Of a DNA stretch of 50,447 nt, positions 37,151-45,889 are shown piece after piece. Below the pieces are notes generated by a model that was not told where the DNA came from, made no database searches, and saw nothing but the letters and a program-made list of their open reading frames with translations. The stretch covers positions 1 to 50,447 of the forward strand of contig CAZNTY010000390.1 in assembly GCA_964576085.1 (NCBI GenBank). The letters run 5' to 3'. The translations under genes were made by a program, and so were the position numbers. The DNA is from an uncultured Undibacter sp. Lineage in GTDB: Bacteria > Pseudomonadota > Alphaproteobacteria > Rhizobiales > Xanthobacteraceae. Position 1 is the first letter of the stretch. Each line of letters opens with the position of its first letter.

Positions 37151-38010
37151 GGCTTACTCGCCAAAGTTGGAACTCCCTGTTGCTGGCTTCGCCCGGAATC
37201 ATCTGGCTCGGGCTTTTTGTCGCGCTGCCGTTCGCCTTCATGCTGGTCATGTCGGTGCTCTCCACCGGCGACTTCGGTATCCGCTTTGATTTTACGCTAA
37301 CGAACTATGCGCGGCTTTTGGCGACGCCGCTTTACACCACTCTGCTGTTGAAGACCTTTGTTATCGCGGTGGTAACGACCGGCCTGACGTTGTTGACGGC
37401 CTATCCGATCGCTTACTTCCTTAGCCGCCAGTCCGGACGCGCGAAAGCCGCGCTGCTGCTTTTTCTCTTTCTGCCGTTTTGGATCGGCTATGTCGTGCGG
37501 ACCTTTGCATGGCTGCCGATCCTCGGCCGCACCGGACTCATTAATCAGGCCCTTTTGCAGCTCGGCATCATCGACACGCCGATCGAGTGGCTGCTCTACA
37601 ACCAGTTCGCGGTATATCTTGGCCTGGTCTATGTCTACTTGCTGTTTATGGTGCTGCCGATCTTCTTGTCGCTCGACCGCATCGACCCGCAGCTCTATGA
37701 GGCCGCGACCGATCTCGGTGCTGGCCGTTGGCGCGTACTCAGCCGCGTGGTGCTTCCGTTGAGCCGTGCGGGCGTTTTGTCCGGCTCCATCATGGTGTTC
37801 CTGCTCACGTTCGGAGCGTTCGTCACGCCGGCGCTGCTCGGCGGCGCGTCGGGCATCATGTATTCAAACGTCATCGCCGCTCAGTTTCTGGCCAATAACA
37901 ACTGGGCGTTTGGCGCAGCGCTTTCAATCGTGATGACGATCGTCGTCATGCTGTTCTTGATCATTTTCGGGCGCTGGATCGGACTGCGCCAAATGTTCCT
38001 CAACCGATAG
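37147..38010 (+). CDS. PotB-type ABC permease (right arm)
   Basis: Motifs LPFWIGYVVR, LYEAATDLGA, FVTPALLGG and NWAFGAALS. GTGA overlap with the IclR stop. Confidence 0.92.
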   Translation: MRLTRQSWNSLLLASPGIIWLGLFVALPFAFMLVMSVLSTGDFGIRFDFTLTNYARLLATPLYTTLLLKTFVIAVVTTGLTLLTAYPIAYFLSRQSGRAKAALLLFLFLPFWIGYVVRTFAWLPILGRTGLINQALLQLGIIDTPIEWLLYNQFAVYLGLVYVYLLFMVLPIFLSLDRIDPQLYEAATDLGAGRWRVLSRVVLPLSRAGVLSGSIMVFLLTFGAFVTPALLGGASGIMYSNVIAAQFLANNNWAFGAALSIVMTIVVMLFLIIFGRWIGLRQMFLNR

Positions 38011-38019
38011 AGTCAAACA

Positions 38020-38841
38020 ATGAGTGCGGCGATACGGCAAACGCGTTCGGAGAAGGTCATCCTCTGGGGCTACGCGCTTCTGGTTTACGCGTTCCTTTAC
38101 GCGCCCGTCATCATGGTCACCGTGCTGTCGTTCAATAGCTCTCGCATCGTCGGGTTGCCGCTGCGCGGCTTCACCATGCAGTGGTTCCGGGTCGTGTTCT
38201 CAGAACCCGAGCTCGTTGCCGCCTTTGCAAACAGCATGTTGCTCGGCCTTATCGCTACCTGCATTGGGACGACAATCGCCACGTTGCTTGCGCTGGCGTT
38301 TCGCAACCCATTTCCCGGCAATGACGCGCTGTTCTACCTGATCATCGCACCGATCATTCTGCCCGGCGTTGTATCGGGCGTCGTGCTGCTGATCTTTTTC
38401 GGCCTGCTGGGAATCCCGCTGTCGCTCTGGACGACCGCGTTGATTGCCCATGTGACCTGGATCGTGCCGTTCTGCTTCCTCAGTCTCTATCCGTCGCTTC
38501 ACCGCTTTGATCGCAGCCTCGAAGAAGCGGCCGCGGATCTTGGCGCATCGAGGTCGATGATTTTCTGGCGCGTCGTGTTCCCGATCATCCGGCCCGGCAT
38601 TATCGCAGCCTCATTGTTCGGGTTCAGCCTCTCGTTCGATGAATTCGTCCGTACGCTGTTCCTGACAGGCTTCGAACGCACGCTGCCCGTGCAGTTCTGG
38701 TACATGGTGATCGAATCGTTGTCGCCGGAGCTTCCCGCGATGGCGGTTGTGATCATCGTTATTTCAGTCGTTACCTCGATGGCAGGCTCGCTCATGGCGA
38801 AGCGCGGTGCCAGTGCATCTCAGTCGGGACCGAAGCCATGA
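38020..38841 (+). CDS. PotC-type ABC permease (right arm)
   Basis: Motifs FLYAPVIMVTVLSFN, LEEAAADLGA and FSLSFDEF. Confidence 0.92.
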   Translation: MSAAIRQTRSEKVILWGYALLVYAFLYAPVIMVTVLSFNSSRIVGLPLRGFTMQWFRVVFSEPELVAAFANSMLLGLIATCIGTTIATLLALAFRNPFPGNDALFYLIIAPIILPGVVSGVVLLIFFGLLGIPLSLWTTALIAHVTWIVPFCFLSLYPSLHRFDRSLEEAAADLGASRSMIFWRVVFPIIRPGIIAASLFGFSLSFDEFVRTLFLTGFERTLPVQFWYMVIESLSPELPAMAVVIIVISVVTSMAGSLMAKRGASASQSGPKP

Positions 38842-39926
38842 CAAGTTCTGTTTCAGTGCGGGTCAACAATCTCACGAAGCGCTTCGGGGCGTTCACGGCG
38901 GTCGACGATGTGTCTATCGCGATCGCGGAGGGAGAGTTCTTTTCACTGCTGGGTCCAAGCGGTTGTGGCAAAACGACGCTGCTTCGCCTGATTGGCGGAT
39001 TTGAATCGCCGGATCACGGAACCATCCTGGTAAAGGGGCAGGACATCTCATCGGTCCCCGTCCACCGTCGCCAGACGAAAATGATCTTCCAGCAGCTGGC
39101 GCTCTTTCCACATCTCACCGTCTTCGAGAACGTGGCATTCGGTCTGCGCGCCAAGCGCATGGACCAGGCCGCAATTAATCGCCGCGTTATCGAGAGTTTG
39201 GGGCTCATGCGCCTCGACGGCATGGAGCAGCGGTCGGTCGATCAGCTGAGCGGAGGGCAGCGCCAGCGCGTCGCAATCGCGCGGGCAATCGTCAACGATC
39301 CCGGGGTTCTTTTGCTCGACGAACCGTTCGGCGCGCTCGACCTCAAGCTGCGCATCCAGATGCAGCAGGAGTTGCGCCGCCTGCAGCGTGAATTGAAGAG
39401 CACGTTCATCTTCGTCACTCACGACCAGACAGAAGCCATGGCGATGTCCGACCGCATCGCCATCATGCGGAACGGCAAGATCCTGCAGGCCAGCACGCCG
39501 AACGAGATCTACGAGCGGCCGCAAAACCGCTTTGTTGCCGAATTTATCGGAAGTACAAATCTGCTCGCCGGTGAGATTGCGGCTGCGGATGGCGGCGGCT
39601 GCCAGGTGCGGAGCGGGAATCTGGTGGTTCCCTGCGCGCCTGAGCCGGGTGTTCGGCCAGGCCAGCCGGTCACGCTCGCGATCCGCCGCGAAAAGATTGC
39701 TCTCGGGACATCAGCGGGTAGCGGCCGTGCCGAGATTGCCCTCGGGCAAGGAAAAGTCACCGACAAAACGTATCTCGGTGCCATGCTCGAATTCGAGGTG
39801 GCGCTTGCCGACGGCCGCCGGCTCGTGGCTCAACTCCCCAACCTGACGGAAAACTTCCAAATCAATATCGGTGATCAGGTCGCGGTCGCTTGCCCGCGCG
39901 ACGGCGTGCGCCTGCTGCCCGACTGA
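38838..39926 (+). CDS. PotA-type ABC ATP-binding protein (right arm)
   Basis: Motifs GPSGCGKTT, LSGGQRQRVAIARA and LLDEPFGALD; TOBE domain. Confidence 0.93.
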   Translation: MTSSVSVRVNNLTKRFGAFTAVDDVSIAIAEGEFFSLLGPSGCGKTTLLRLIGGFESPDHGTILVKGQDISSVPVHRRQTKMIFQQLALFPHLTVFENVAFGLRAKRMDQAAINRRVIESLGLMRLDGMEQRSVDQLSGGQRQRVAIARAIVNDPGVLLLDEPFGALDLKLRIQMQQELRRLQRELKSTFIFVTHDQTEAMAMSDRIAIMRNGKILQASTPNEIYERPQNRFVAEFIGSTNLLAGEIAAADGGGCQVRSGNLVVPCAPEPGVRPGQPVTLAIRREKIALGTSAGSGRAEIALGQGKVTDKTYLGAMLEFEVALADGRRLVAQLPNLTENFQINIGDQVAVACPRDGVRLLPD

Positions 39927-39950
39927 CATCGCGCCGGGCGATCGAAGCGC

Positions 39951-40017
39951 TTGACAAGCGCGCCTGCCCCGATACGGTTTTTCATATATCGGGTTAGTGT
40001 TTCGATTATCGGAACAC
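39951..40017 (+). promoter_or_regulatory. Internal promoter plus IclR-like operator upstream of the right-arm hydantoinase B
   Basis: TTGACA (39951-39956)-16 bp-TACGGT, followed by the 21-bp palindrome GTGTTTCGATTATCGGAACAC (39997-40017, 9 of 10 pairs). Confidence 0.65.
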
Positions 40018-40032
40018 GGACAGGAGTGCGTT

Positions 40033-42108
40033 GTGAACGTGTCCGGCGACAAGAAAATCGATCCGATCACGATCGAAATCATTCGCGAGCGCCTGATCAC
40101 AATCGTGCGCGAGATGCGCGGCAACATGCTTCGTGCGGCGTTTTCGTCGGCGGTGTGCGAACTGCATGACATGTCCTGCGCCGTGCTCGACGACCGGGGA
40201 CAATTGTTGGCGCTATCTGACGGCGACAATCCGCAGCACGTCTTCCCGATCCTCTGGTCGGCCGCCCAGATGCGCGAGAAGTTCGCCGGAGACATCAATC
40301 CAGGCGACATCTTCATCCACAACGATCCATTGACCGGTGGAACGCACCTCAACGACATCTGTGTCATCGCGCCTCTCTTCGCCGACGGCGAGCTTGCGTT
40401 CCTGCCGGTCGTTCGTGTGCATTTCGAGGACGTCGGCGGCGCGTCGCCCGGCAGCGTCTCTGCATCGGCGACCGACACTTTTCAGGAGGGCGTGCGTATT
40501 CCTCTCATTCGCGCCTTCTCGCGAGGAAAGAAGAACACCGATCTATTCGACGTATTGCTGTCCAACATGCGGGTCCCCGAGGAGCGCGAGGGGGATTTTG
40601 AGGCGATGCTGGGAACCGCCCGGATCGCACAACGGCGCCTGGCCGATCTGATCAACGAATTTGGCTTCGACGTGCAGCGTTCATGCGGCGCGCAATTGCT
40701 CGACCGTGCGGAAGCCCGCATGCGCGGCCGGATCGCGTCAATTCCGCCCGGCGCCTACAAGTACGAGATTGCCATGGACCCGCGCGGACAACTGGCGGAG
40801 CCGCTCATCATCCGGGCGACTGTTGAGGCCAAGGGTGACTCCCTGCGGGTCGATTTCACCGGCACCTCATCGCAAAACAAGGGACCGTGGAATTTGGGCC
40901 CTTCCGGCGCGCCGACCGGCGTCTTCATGGTGCTGAAGGCGCTTCTCGACCGCACGGGCCCAGTCAATTCCGGCACGTTCCGTCCGCTCGAGATCTTCAC
41001 GCCGCCCGGATCGCTCCTCAATCCGACGCAGCCGGTCGGATTCGGCGGCATGGGCGACGTCCGCCGCAATCTCGAGATGGCGATAATGGGGGCGCTTGCG
41101 CCCGTTCTGCCGGACGCCATCACGGGCGAAACCAAGAGCACCGCCAACCAGGTCGTGATCTCCGGGCAGCACCTGAAGGACGGCCGCACCTTCATCTTTT
41201 ACGAGGCGCCGCCCGGCGGCACAGGCGGCTTCCGCGAACACGACGGAAACGCCGCGTTGCGGACGTTTTTGGAAGGCGATTTTGGGTCCCTTCAATCGGC
41301 CGAAGCGATCGAGGCGAAGTTTCCATTGCGGGTGGAAAGTCTGGTGTTGCGCCCGAACTCCGGCGGCGGCGGAACGCGCCGCGGCGGCTTGGGCTTCACG
41401 CGTGCCATCCGGATCCTGTCCGACGAAGCGCGGCTCACGGTGCTGTCCGATCGCAACGTCCTGCCGCCTTACGGCGTGCTCGGCGGCACCGCCGGCGCGC
41501 CCAACCGGTTTCTGGTCCGCTCGGGCGAGGTGGAAACCATTCCGGGCGAAATCCCCGGCAAGATCGCCAATTATCCGCTCGCCAAAGGAGACGTCGTCAT
41601 CAGCGAGAGCAGTGGCGGCGGCGGCTTTGGCGATCCGCTTGACCGCAGCATCACGCAGGTCGAGCACGACCTGCGCGAAGGCTATATCAGCGAGGGCCAC
41701 GCCGCGGCGGTGTACGGCGTCGTGGTTCGCAACGGCGCGATCGACGAGGAGGCCACCGGGCAGGCGCGAAAGAAGTTACGCCTTGCGCGGCTGCAACTGC
41801 GCGTCCTCCAGCAGCCTGATCTGATCAATCGCGGCCGTCTCAGGGTCTGCGCGATCTCCGCCAACGTGGCAAGCAATGCCGGAATTGCGACCGGCGACGT
41901 CGTCGAGTTGTTGAACGGCAAGGGTGCGCCAGTCCGGTGCTGGACCATCGTCGATGGCGGATTGAAGAACGGCGTGGTCGGCGTTTCGCCCGATACCATC
42001 GGTCTCTCGGGTCTCGAGGAAAATGAAAACGTGCAACTGCGTCTGCTCGGCGCACCTGCCGGCGCCGCGACACGCATCTGGCGTGAACGCCTGGAGAGCA
42101 GGTCATGA
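40033..42108 (+). CDS. Hydantoinase B / oxoprolinase catalytic subunit with C-terminal extension (right arm)
   Basis: Motifs DPITIE, RAAFS...E..DMSCA, NDPLTGGTHLND, HFEDVGG, QEGVRIP, RRGGLG and GGGGFGDPLDR. GTG 40033 lies 6 nt after RBS AGGAG. Confidence 0.95.
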   Translation: MNVSGDKKIDPITIEIIRERLITIVREMRGNMLRAAFSSAVCELHDMSCAVLDDRGQLLALSDGDNPQHVFPILWSAAQMREKFAGDINPGDIFIHNDPLTGGTHLNDICVIAPLFADGELAFLPVVRVHFEDVGGASPGSVSASATDTFQEGVRIPLIRAFSRGKKNTDLFDVLLSNMRVPEEREGDFEAMLGTARIAQRRLADLINEFGFDVQRSCGAQLLDRAEARMRGRIASIPPGAYKYEIAMDPRGQLAEPLIIRATVEAKGDSLRVDFTGTSSQNKGPWNLGPSGAPTGVFMVLKALLDRTGPVNSGTFRPLEIFTPPGSLLNPTQPVGFGGMGDVRRNLEMAIMGALAPVLPDAITGETKSTANQVVISGQHLKDGRTFIFYEAPPGGTGGFREHDGNAALRTFLEGDFGSLQSAEAIEAKFPLRVESLVLRPNSGGGGTRRGGLGFTRAIRILSDEARLTVLSDRNVLPPYGVLGGTAGAPNRFLVRSGEVETIPGEIPGKIANYPLAKGDVVISESSGGGGFGDPLDRSITQVEHDLREGYISEGHAAAVYGVVVRNGAIDEEATGQARKKLRLARLQLRVLQQPDLINRGRLRVCAISANVASNAGIATGDVVELLNGKGAPVRCWTIVDGGLKNGVVGVSPDTIGLSGLEENENVQLRLLGAPAGAATRIWRERLESRS

Positions 42109-44147
42109 TGCGGGTGGGCATCGATGTCGGAGGTACTTTTACGGATCTCGTCTGCCTGAACGAGGCGTCCGGTCAAATTGCCGCAGTGAAAGTGCCGTCC
42201 ACATCCGGCCATGAACACAGAGGATTTCTCGAGGGACTGCAAGCACTCGGCGTCGATGGCAAATTCGATCAGATTGTTCACGGGACGACGGTCGCCACCA
42301 ATGCGCTGCTTCAGCACAAGGGCGGACGGGTCGCGATGCTGTGCACACGGGGCTTTCGCGACGTGATCGAGATCGGGCGTTGCATGCGCTACGCCCACGG
42401 GAGCCTCTTCGACACTAAATTCGTCAAGCCGGCGCCGCTGGTGCCGCGACATTGTCGTTTTGAAGTCAGCGAGCGCATCGCGGCGGACGGAACGGTGCTG
42501 ACGGCGCTGGATACTGCGGACCTCAAGACCGCGATCGACGAGATCAAGGACGCAAATCCGGAAAGCATCGCGATCTGCCTGCTCAACGCCTATTCGAACG
42601 ACGACCACGAAAAGAAAGTCCGTGGCGAGATTCAGAAGGCATTTCCGAAAGCTCACATCTGCACTTCGGTCGAAGTTCACCGCGGGCATCAGGAGTTCGA
42701 GCGTTTTGCCACCACGGCCTTGAACGCTTTTCTGATGCCGCCGGTCGCGCAATACCTGCTCTTGCTGGAGTCGACCTTGCGCGACTCCGGCATCCAGGCG
42801 CCAATCCTGATCATGAGTTCGTCGGGCGGCACGTTGTCGCCGGCGTCGGCGGCGCGGCTCCCCGTTCGCACGATCCTGTCCGGGCCCGTCGGTGGTGTTG
42901 CGGCGGCGGTCGATCTTGCCGAGACGGCCGGCCTTGACGACATCATCACCTATGACATGGGCGGCACGTCTACCGACGTCTGTGTCGTTCGCAACCGACA
43001 GCCGATCACGACGGACCAGGTCATCTTCGGTGGCCTCCCGGTCCGCGGGGCGATGCTGGAAATAAACACCGTCGGCGCGGGCGCAGGCAGCGTGGCGTAT
43101 TGCGATATCGACGGTGCGCTTTCGGTTGGCCCCGAGAGCGCCGGCGCCGTGCCAGGACCGGTCGCCTATGGCGCCGGCGGCACGCAGCCGACCGTCACCG
43201 ACGCGAATCTTGTGCTGGGGCGGCTCAATCCGGATCGTCCGCTCGGCGGGCGGATCCGCCTGGATTCGACACTCGCCGAAGCGTCGCTTCGCCAGCTGTC
43301 AGAGAGGATCGGTTCGCTTTCGGTTCACGAGCTGGCGGAAGGCATCGTGCGGATCGCGGTGGCCAAGATGGCGGGGGCGATCCGTGAGGTTTCCGTTTCC
43401 CGGGGCCTCGATCCGCGCCGCTTTTCCCTCGTCGCTTATGGCGGCGCCGGCCCGATGCACGCCGCTTTTGTCGCCGAGGAACTCGGCATCAAACGCGTCA
43501 TCGTGCCTCGGTTGCCGGGCAACTTCTCGGCCCTCGGGCTTCTGACAGCGAGCCTGACATGGGACGCGACGGAATCCCTATTCGCGACGCTGGATGCCGA
43601 CAGCGTCGAAAAGACGAAGGCGGTCAGAAGGAAGCTCGCACGTCAGGTCGCAGAGCATTTCGTGTCCGAGGGGATCGATCCCGCTACTCTCGCTTACGAA
43701 TCCTTTCTCGAGATGCATTATGTCGGACAGGCCTCATCATTTTCCGTGCGGTTGCCGGAAGGCGAGTTCGATCTGAACGAATTACGTAAGCTCTTCCTCG
43801 CGCAATACGAGGACCGTTACGGCCATGCCAATCCAGCCCGCCAGATTGCAGTCACCGGGATTCGCGTCGTCGCAATCTCGCAAGGCAAAAGGCCGGATTT
43901 GACAAAACTCGAGCGTCCCGGCGGCGCGGGCGGGGCAAAACAGACCATCCGGCCGGTCGTATTCGGAGGCAAGAAATGGCCATGCCCCTTCGTTCAGCGC
44001 GACGACCTGAAGCCGGGGCCGGTCGGCGCCGGTCCCATCCTGATTGAGGAGAGCGGGTCAATGACCGTCGTCCCGCCAGGCTGGGATCTGAAAATCGATG
44101 CCGCCATGAATATTCATCTGATCCGGCATGAGAGGGCGGACGACTAG
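42105..44147 (+). CDS. Hydantoinase A / 5-oxoprolinase ATP-binding subunit (right arm)
   Basis: Motifs GIDVGGTFTD, HGTTVATNA, EFERFAT, LSGPVGG, DMGGTSTD, SAGAVPGPVAY, TVTDANL and GGAGPMHA. Confidence 0.95.
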   Translation: MMRVGIDVGGTFTDLVCLNEASGQIAAVKVPSTSGHEHRGFLEGLQALGVDGKFDQIVHGTTVATNALLQHKGGRVAMLCTRGFRDVIEIGRCMRYAHGSLFDTKFVKPAPLVPRHCRFEVSERIAADGTVLTALDTADLKTAIDEIKDANPESIAICLLNAYSNDDHEKKVRGEIQKAFPKAHICTSVEVHRGHQEFERFATTALNAFLMPPVAQYLLLLESTLRDSGIQAPILIMSSSGGTLSPASAARLPVRTILSGPVGGVAAAVDLAETAGLDDIITYDMGGTSTDVCVVRNRQPITTDQVIFGGLPVRGAMLEINTVGAGAGSVAYCDIDGALSVGPESAGAVPGPVAYGAGGTQPTVTDANLVLGRLNPDRPLGGRIRLDSTLAEASLRQLSERIGSLSVHELAEGIVRIAVAKMAGAIREVSVSRGLDPRRFSLVAYGGAGPMHAAFVAEELGIKRVIVPRLPGNFSALGLLTASLTWDATESLFATLDADSVEKTKAVRRKLARQVAEHFVSEGIDPATLAYESFLEMHYVGQASSFSVRLPEGEFDLNELRKLFLAQYEDRYGHANPARQIAVTGIRVVAISQGKRPDLTKLERPGGAGGAKQTIRPVVFGGKKWPCPFVQRDDLKPGPVGAGPILIEESGSMTVVPPGWDLKIDAAMNIHLIRHERADD

Positions 44148-44182
44148 GAATCTCTCTCCTTGAAACTGAAGGGAATGCCATC

Positions 44183-44659
44183 ATGGGTCTTTTCGTATCT
44201 GAGTCCGATCTGGTCACCGGAAGCGCCGCGGTCGGACTGCATTCAGGCAGCATGAAGACGCTTTTCATCTATGGCAACGAAGCCAACATGATGATCGCGA
44301 CGAGGTCGCCGGGATATCATTCAAAGCCGCACAAGCACACGCCGGAGCAGTTGAACTATGTGCTCGAGGGCGAGCTTTGGATCTTCATCGAAGATGAAGG
44401 CTGGCATCTCAAAAAAGGTGACTTTCTGCGCATTCCGGGAAACGCGCTGCATTGGGCATGGAATCGCGGCGACGTGGCCTGCACGATGGCGCAGGTCCAC
44501 GCGCCGGTTCTGAACCCGGATCAGCGTCGCGGCGCGCTTGGCCTGTTTGCCGAAAATGAAACACCCAAGGTTCGCAAGTCGCCGCCGCAGGAGACGCTCG
44601 ACATCGATGTCACGCCGATCGAACGGCGTGTGTTCGAGCGCAAGGGAGTGAAGTTCTAG
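44183..44659 (+). CDS. Cupin-domain protein (right arm)
   Basis: Motifs PHKHTPEQLNYVLEGE and GDFLRIPGNALH; paralog of 34882-35355. Confidence 0.9.
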   Translation: MGLFVSESDLVTGSAAVGLHSGSMKTLFIYGNEANMMIATRSPGYHSKPHKHTPEQLNYVLEGELWIFIEDEGWHLKKGDFLRIPGNALHWAWNRGDVACTMAQVHAPVLNPDQRRGALGLFAENETPKVRKSPPQETLDIDVTPIERRVFERKGVKF

Positions 44660-44698
44660 AATCGCGCGAACGCCGATTTAACAAGGGAGGAGAGTCGC

Positions 44699-45790
44699 AT
44701 GTCACAGAAAGGCTCGTTGGATTTCAATCGCCGCACCCTGCTGGGAGCGGGGGGTGCCGTCGCATTGTCGGCTGCGCTCGACCCTCAATTCGCATTAGCG
44801 CAAAGCAAGGTGCTGGACGTTCTCATGCCTCCCTCCGCGGTGCGGAAGGAGGCCGTTACCATGTTCGAGGAAAAGACCGGCATCCGGGTTCGTGCGGCGC
44901 CGTATGTCTCGCCGACCGACAACAGAGGTAAATTGCTTTCGGGCGCCCATTTTGACGCTCTCATCACCTTGAGCGATCTCGTGAAGCCGGATCTCGCCGA
45001 GGCGGTTGATCGCAAGCTGCTGTTGCCCTTCGACGTGGCAAAAGTGCCGAATATCGAGAACCTGTCGCCGCTCTTCAAACCCGATCTTCTGGTGAAGGAC
45101 GGCAAGCCCTACGCCGTTCCCATTTACTGGGGGTTCAACCCGGTTCTTTACAATCGAAAGTTCATCAAGGACGGTGATCCGCTGACCGATTCCTACTCAC
45201 TGCTGCTCGACGACCGTTACAAAGGTCGCGTTGCGATCCGGGACGATGCCCATGAATCGCTGCACATGGTCGCGCTCTGCATGGGGCACAAAGAGCCCGC
45301 CGCCATGGATGCGAAGGATCTCAAGGAAGTCACCAAATTCCTGATTTCAAAGAAGGGAAACTTCCGGGCACTCTGGTCGAAGTTCGCTGAAGCCGTCCAG
45401 CTCATGGGCAGCGGGGAAGTCCATGCCATGTTCGGCTGGCTCTTGATGCGCTCGACCCTGCAGCGGCAAGGCCTGGATGTGGTCAGTAATCATCCCAAGG
45501 AAGGCTTGCTGTGGTGGGTGCATGCCGCCTTCCTGCCGGCCGCGGCGGAGCGGCCCAACGAAGGGCAGCAATGGGTGGATTTCCTGATCAGTAAAGAGTG
45601 GGGACGGAAATTGACCGAATTGTCGGGTGTTCCGTCGACCTCCCGCCTCGCGAAGGAAAGCTTCACCCAGGCGGAGCAAAAGACCTACGGCTACGATACC
45701 TTGGATAGCGGCAAGCCCTTGGTGCGCTTGGGAGCTCCTGTCCACATGGATTTGTGGCTTGAGGCCTGGTCCGAGTTCAAAGCTGCCTGA
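44699..45790 (+). CDS. PotD/PotF-type extracellular solute-binding protein with Tat signal (right arm)
   Basis: Twin-arginine motif NRRTLL; AKVPN, YAVPIYWG, RYKGRV and PKEG; RBS AAGGGAGG. Confidence 0.88.
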   Translation: MSQKGSLDFNRRTLLGAGGAVALSAALDPQFALAQSKVLDVLMPPSAVRKEAVTMFEEKTGIRVRAAPYVSPTDNRGKLLSGAHFDALITLSDLVKPDLAEAVDRKLLLPFDVAKVPNIENLSPLFKPDLLVKDGKPYAVPIYWGFNPVLYNRKFIKDGDPLTDSYSLLLDDRYKGRVAIRDDAHESLHMVALCMGHKEPAAMDAKDLKEVTKFLISKKGNFRALWSKFAEAVQLMGSGEVHAMFGWLLMRSTLQRQGLDVVSNHPKEGLLWWVHAAFLPAAAERPNEGQQWVDFLISKEWGRKLTELSGVPSTSRLAKESFTQAEQKTYGYDTLDSGKPLVRLGAPVHMDLWLEAWSEFKAA

Positions 45791-45817
45791 TATGAGACCA
45801 GCTGCCTGATATGAGAC
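45781..45817. repeat. 18-bp tandem direct repeat spanning the SBP stop codon
   Basis: AGCTGCCTGATATGAGAC occurs at 45781-45798 and 45800-45817. Confidence 0.9.
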
Positions 45818-45819
45818 AT

Positions 45820-45843
45820 GGCGCGGCTCGATCGAGCCGCGCC
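45820..45843 (+). terminator. Perfect 24-bp palindrome after the SBP gene (hairpin)
   Basis: GGCGCGGCTCGA|TCGAGCCGCGCC, followed by TGATTTCC (weak U-tract). Confidence 0.55.
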
Positions 45844-45889
45844 TGATTTCCACGACGTAGCGCGACTGGGCGGCGAAGCCGGGGCACGC

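Noticed and set aside
41682-42752. 356-aa minus-strand ORF
   Set aside because: Antisense across the hyuB/hyuA junction, with no motifs.
30746-44147. Acetone or acetophenone carboxylase call for the HyuAB pairs
   Set aside because: No small Cys-rich gamma subunit or other carboxylase subunit is present, and linked ABC importers point to a polar substrate; not strictly excluded.
45781-45817. Possible CRISPR repeat
   Set aside because: Only two 18-bp copies separated by one base; no spacers and no cas genes.
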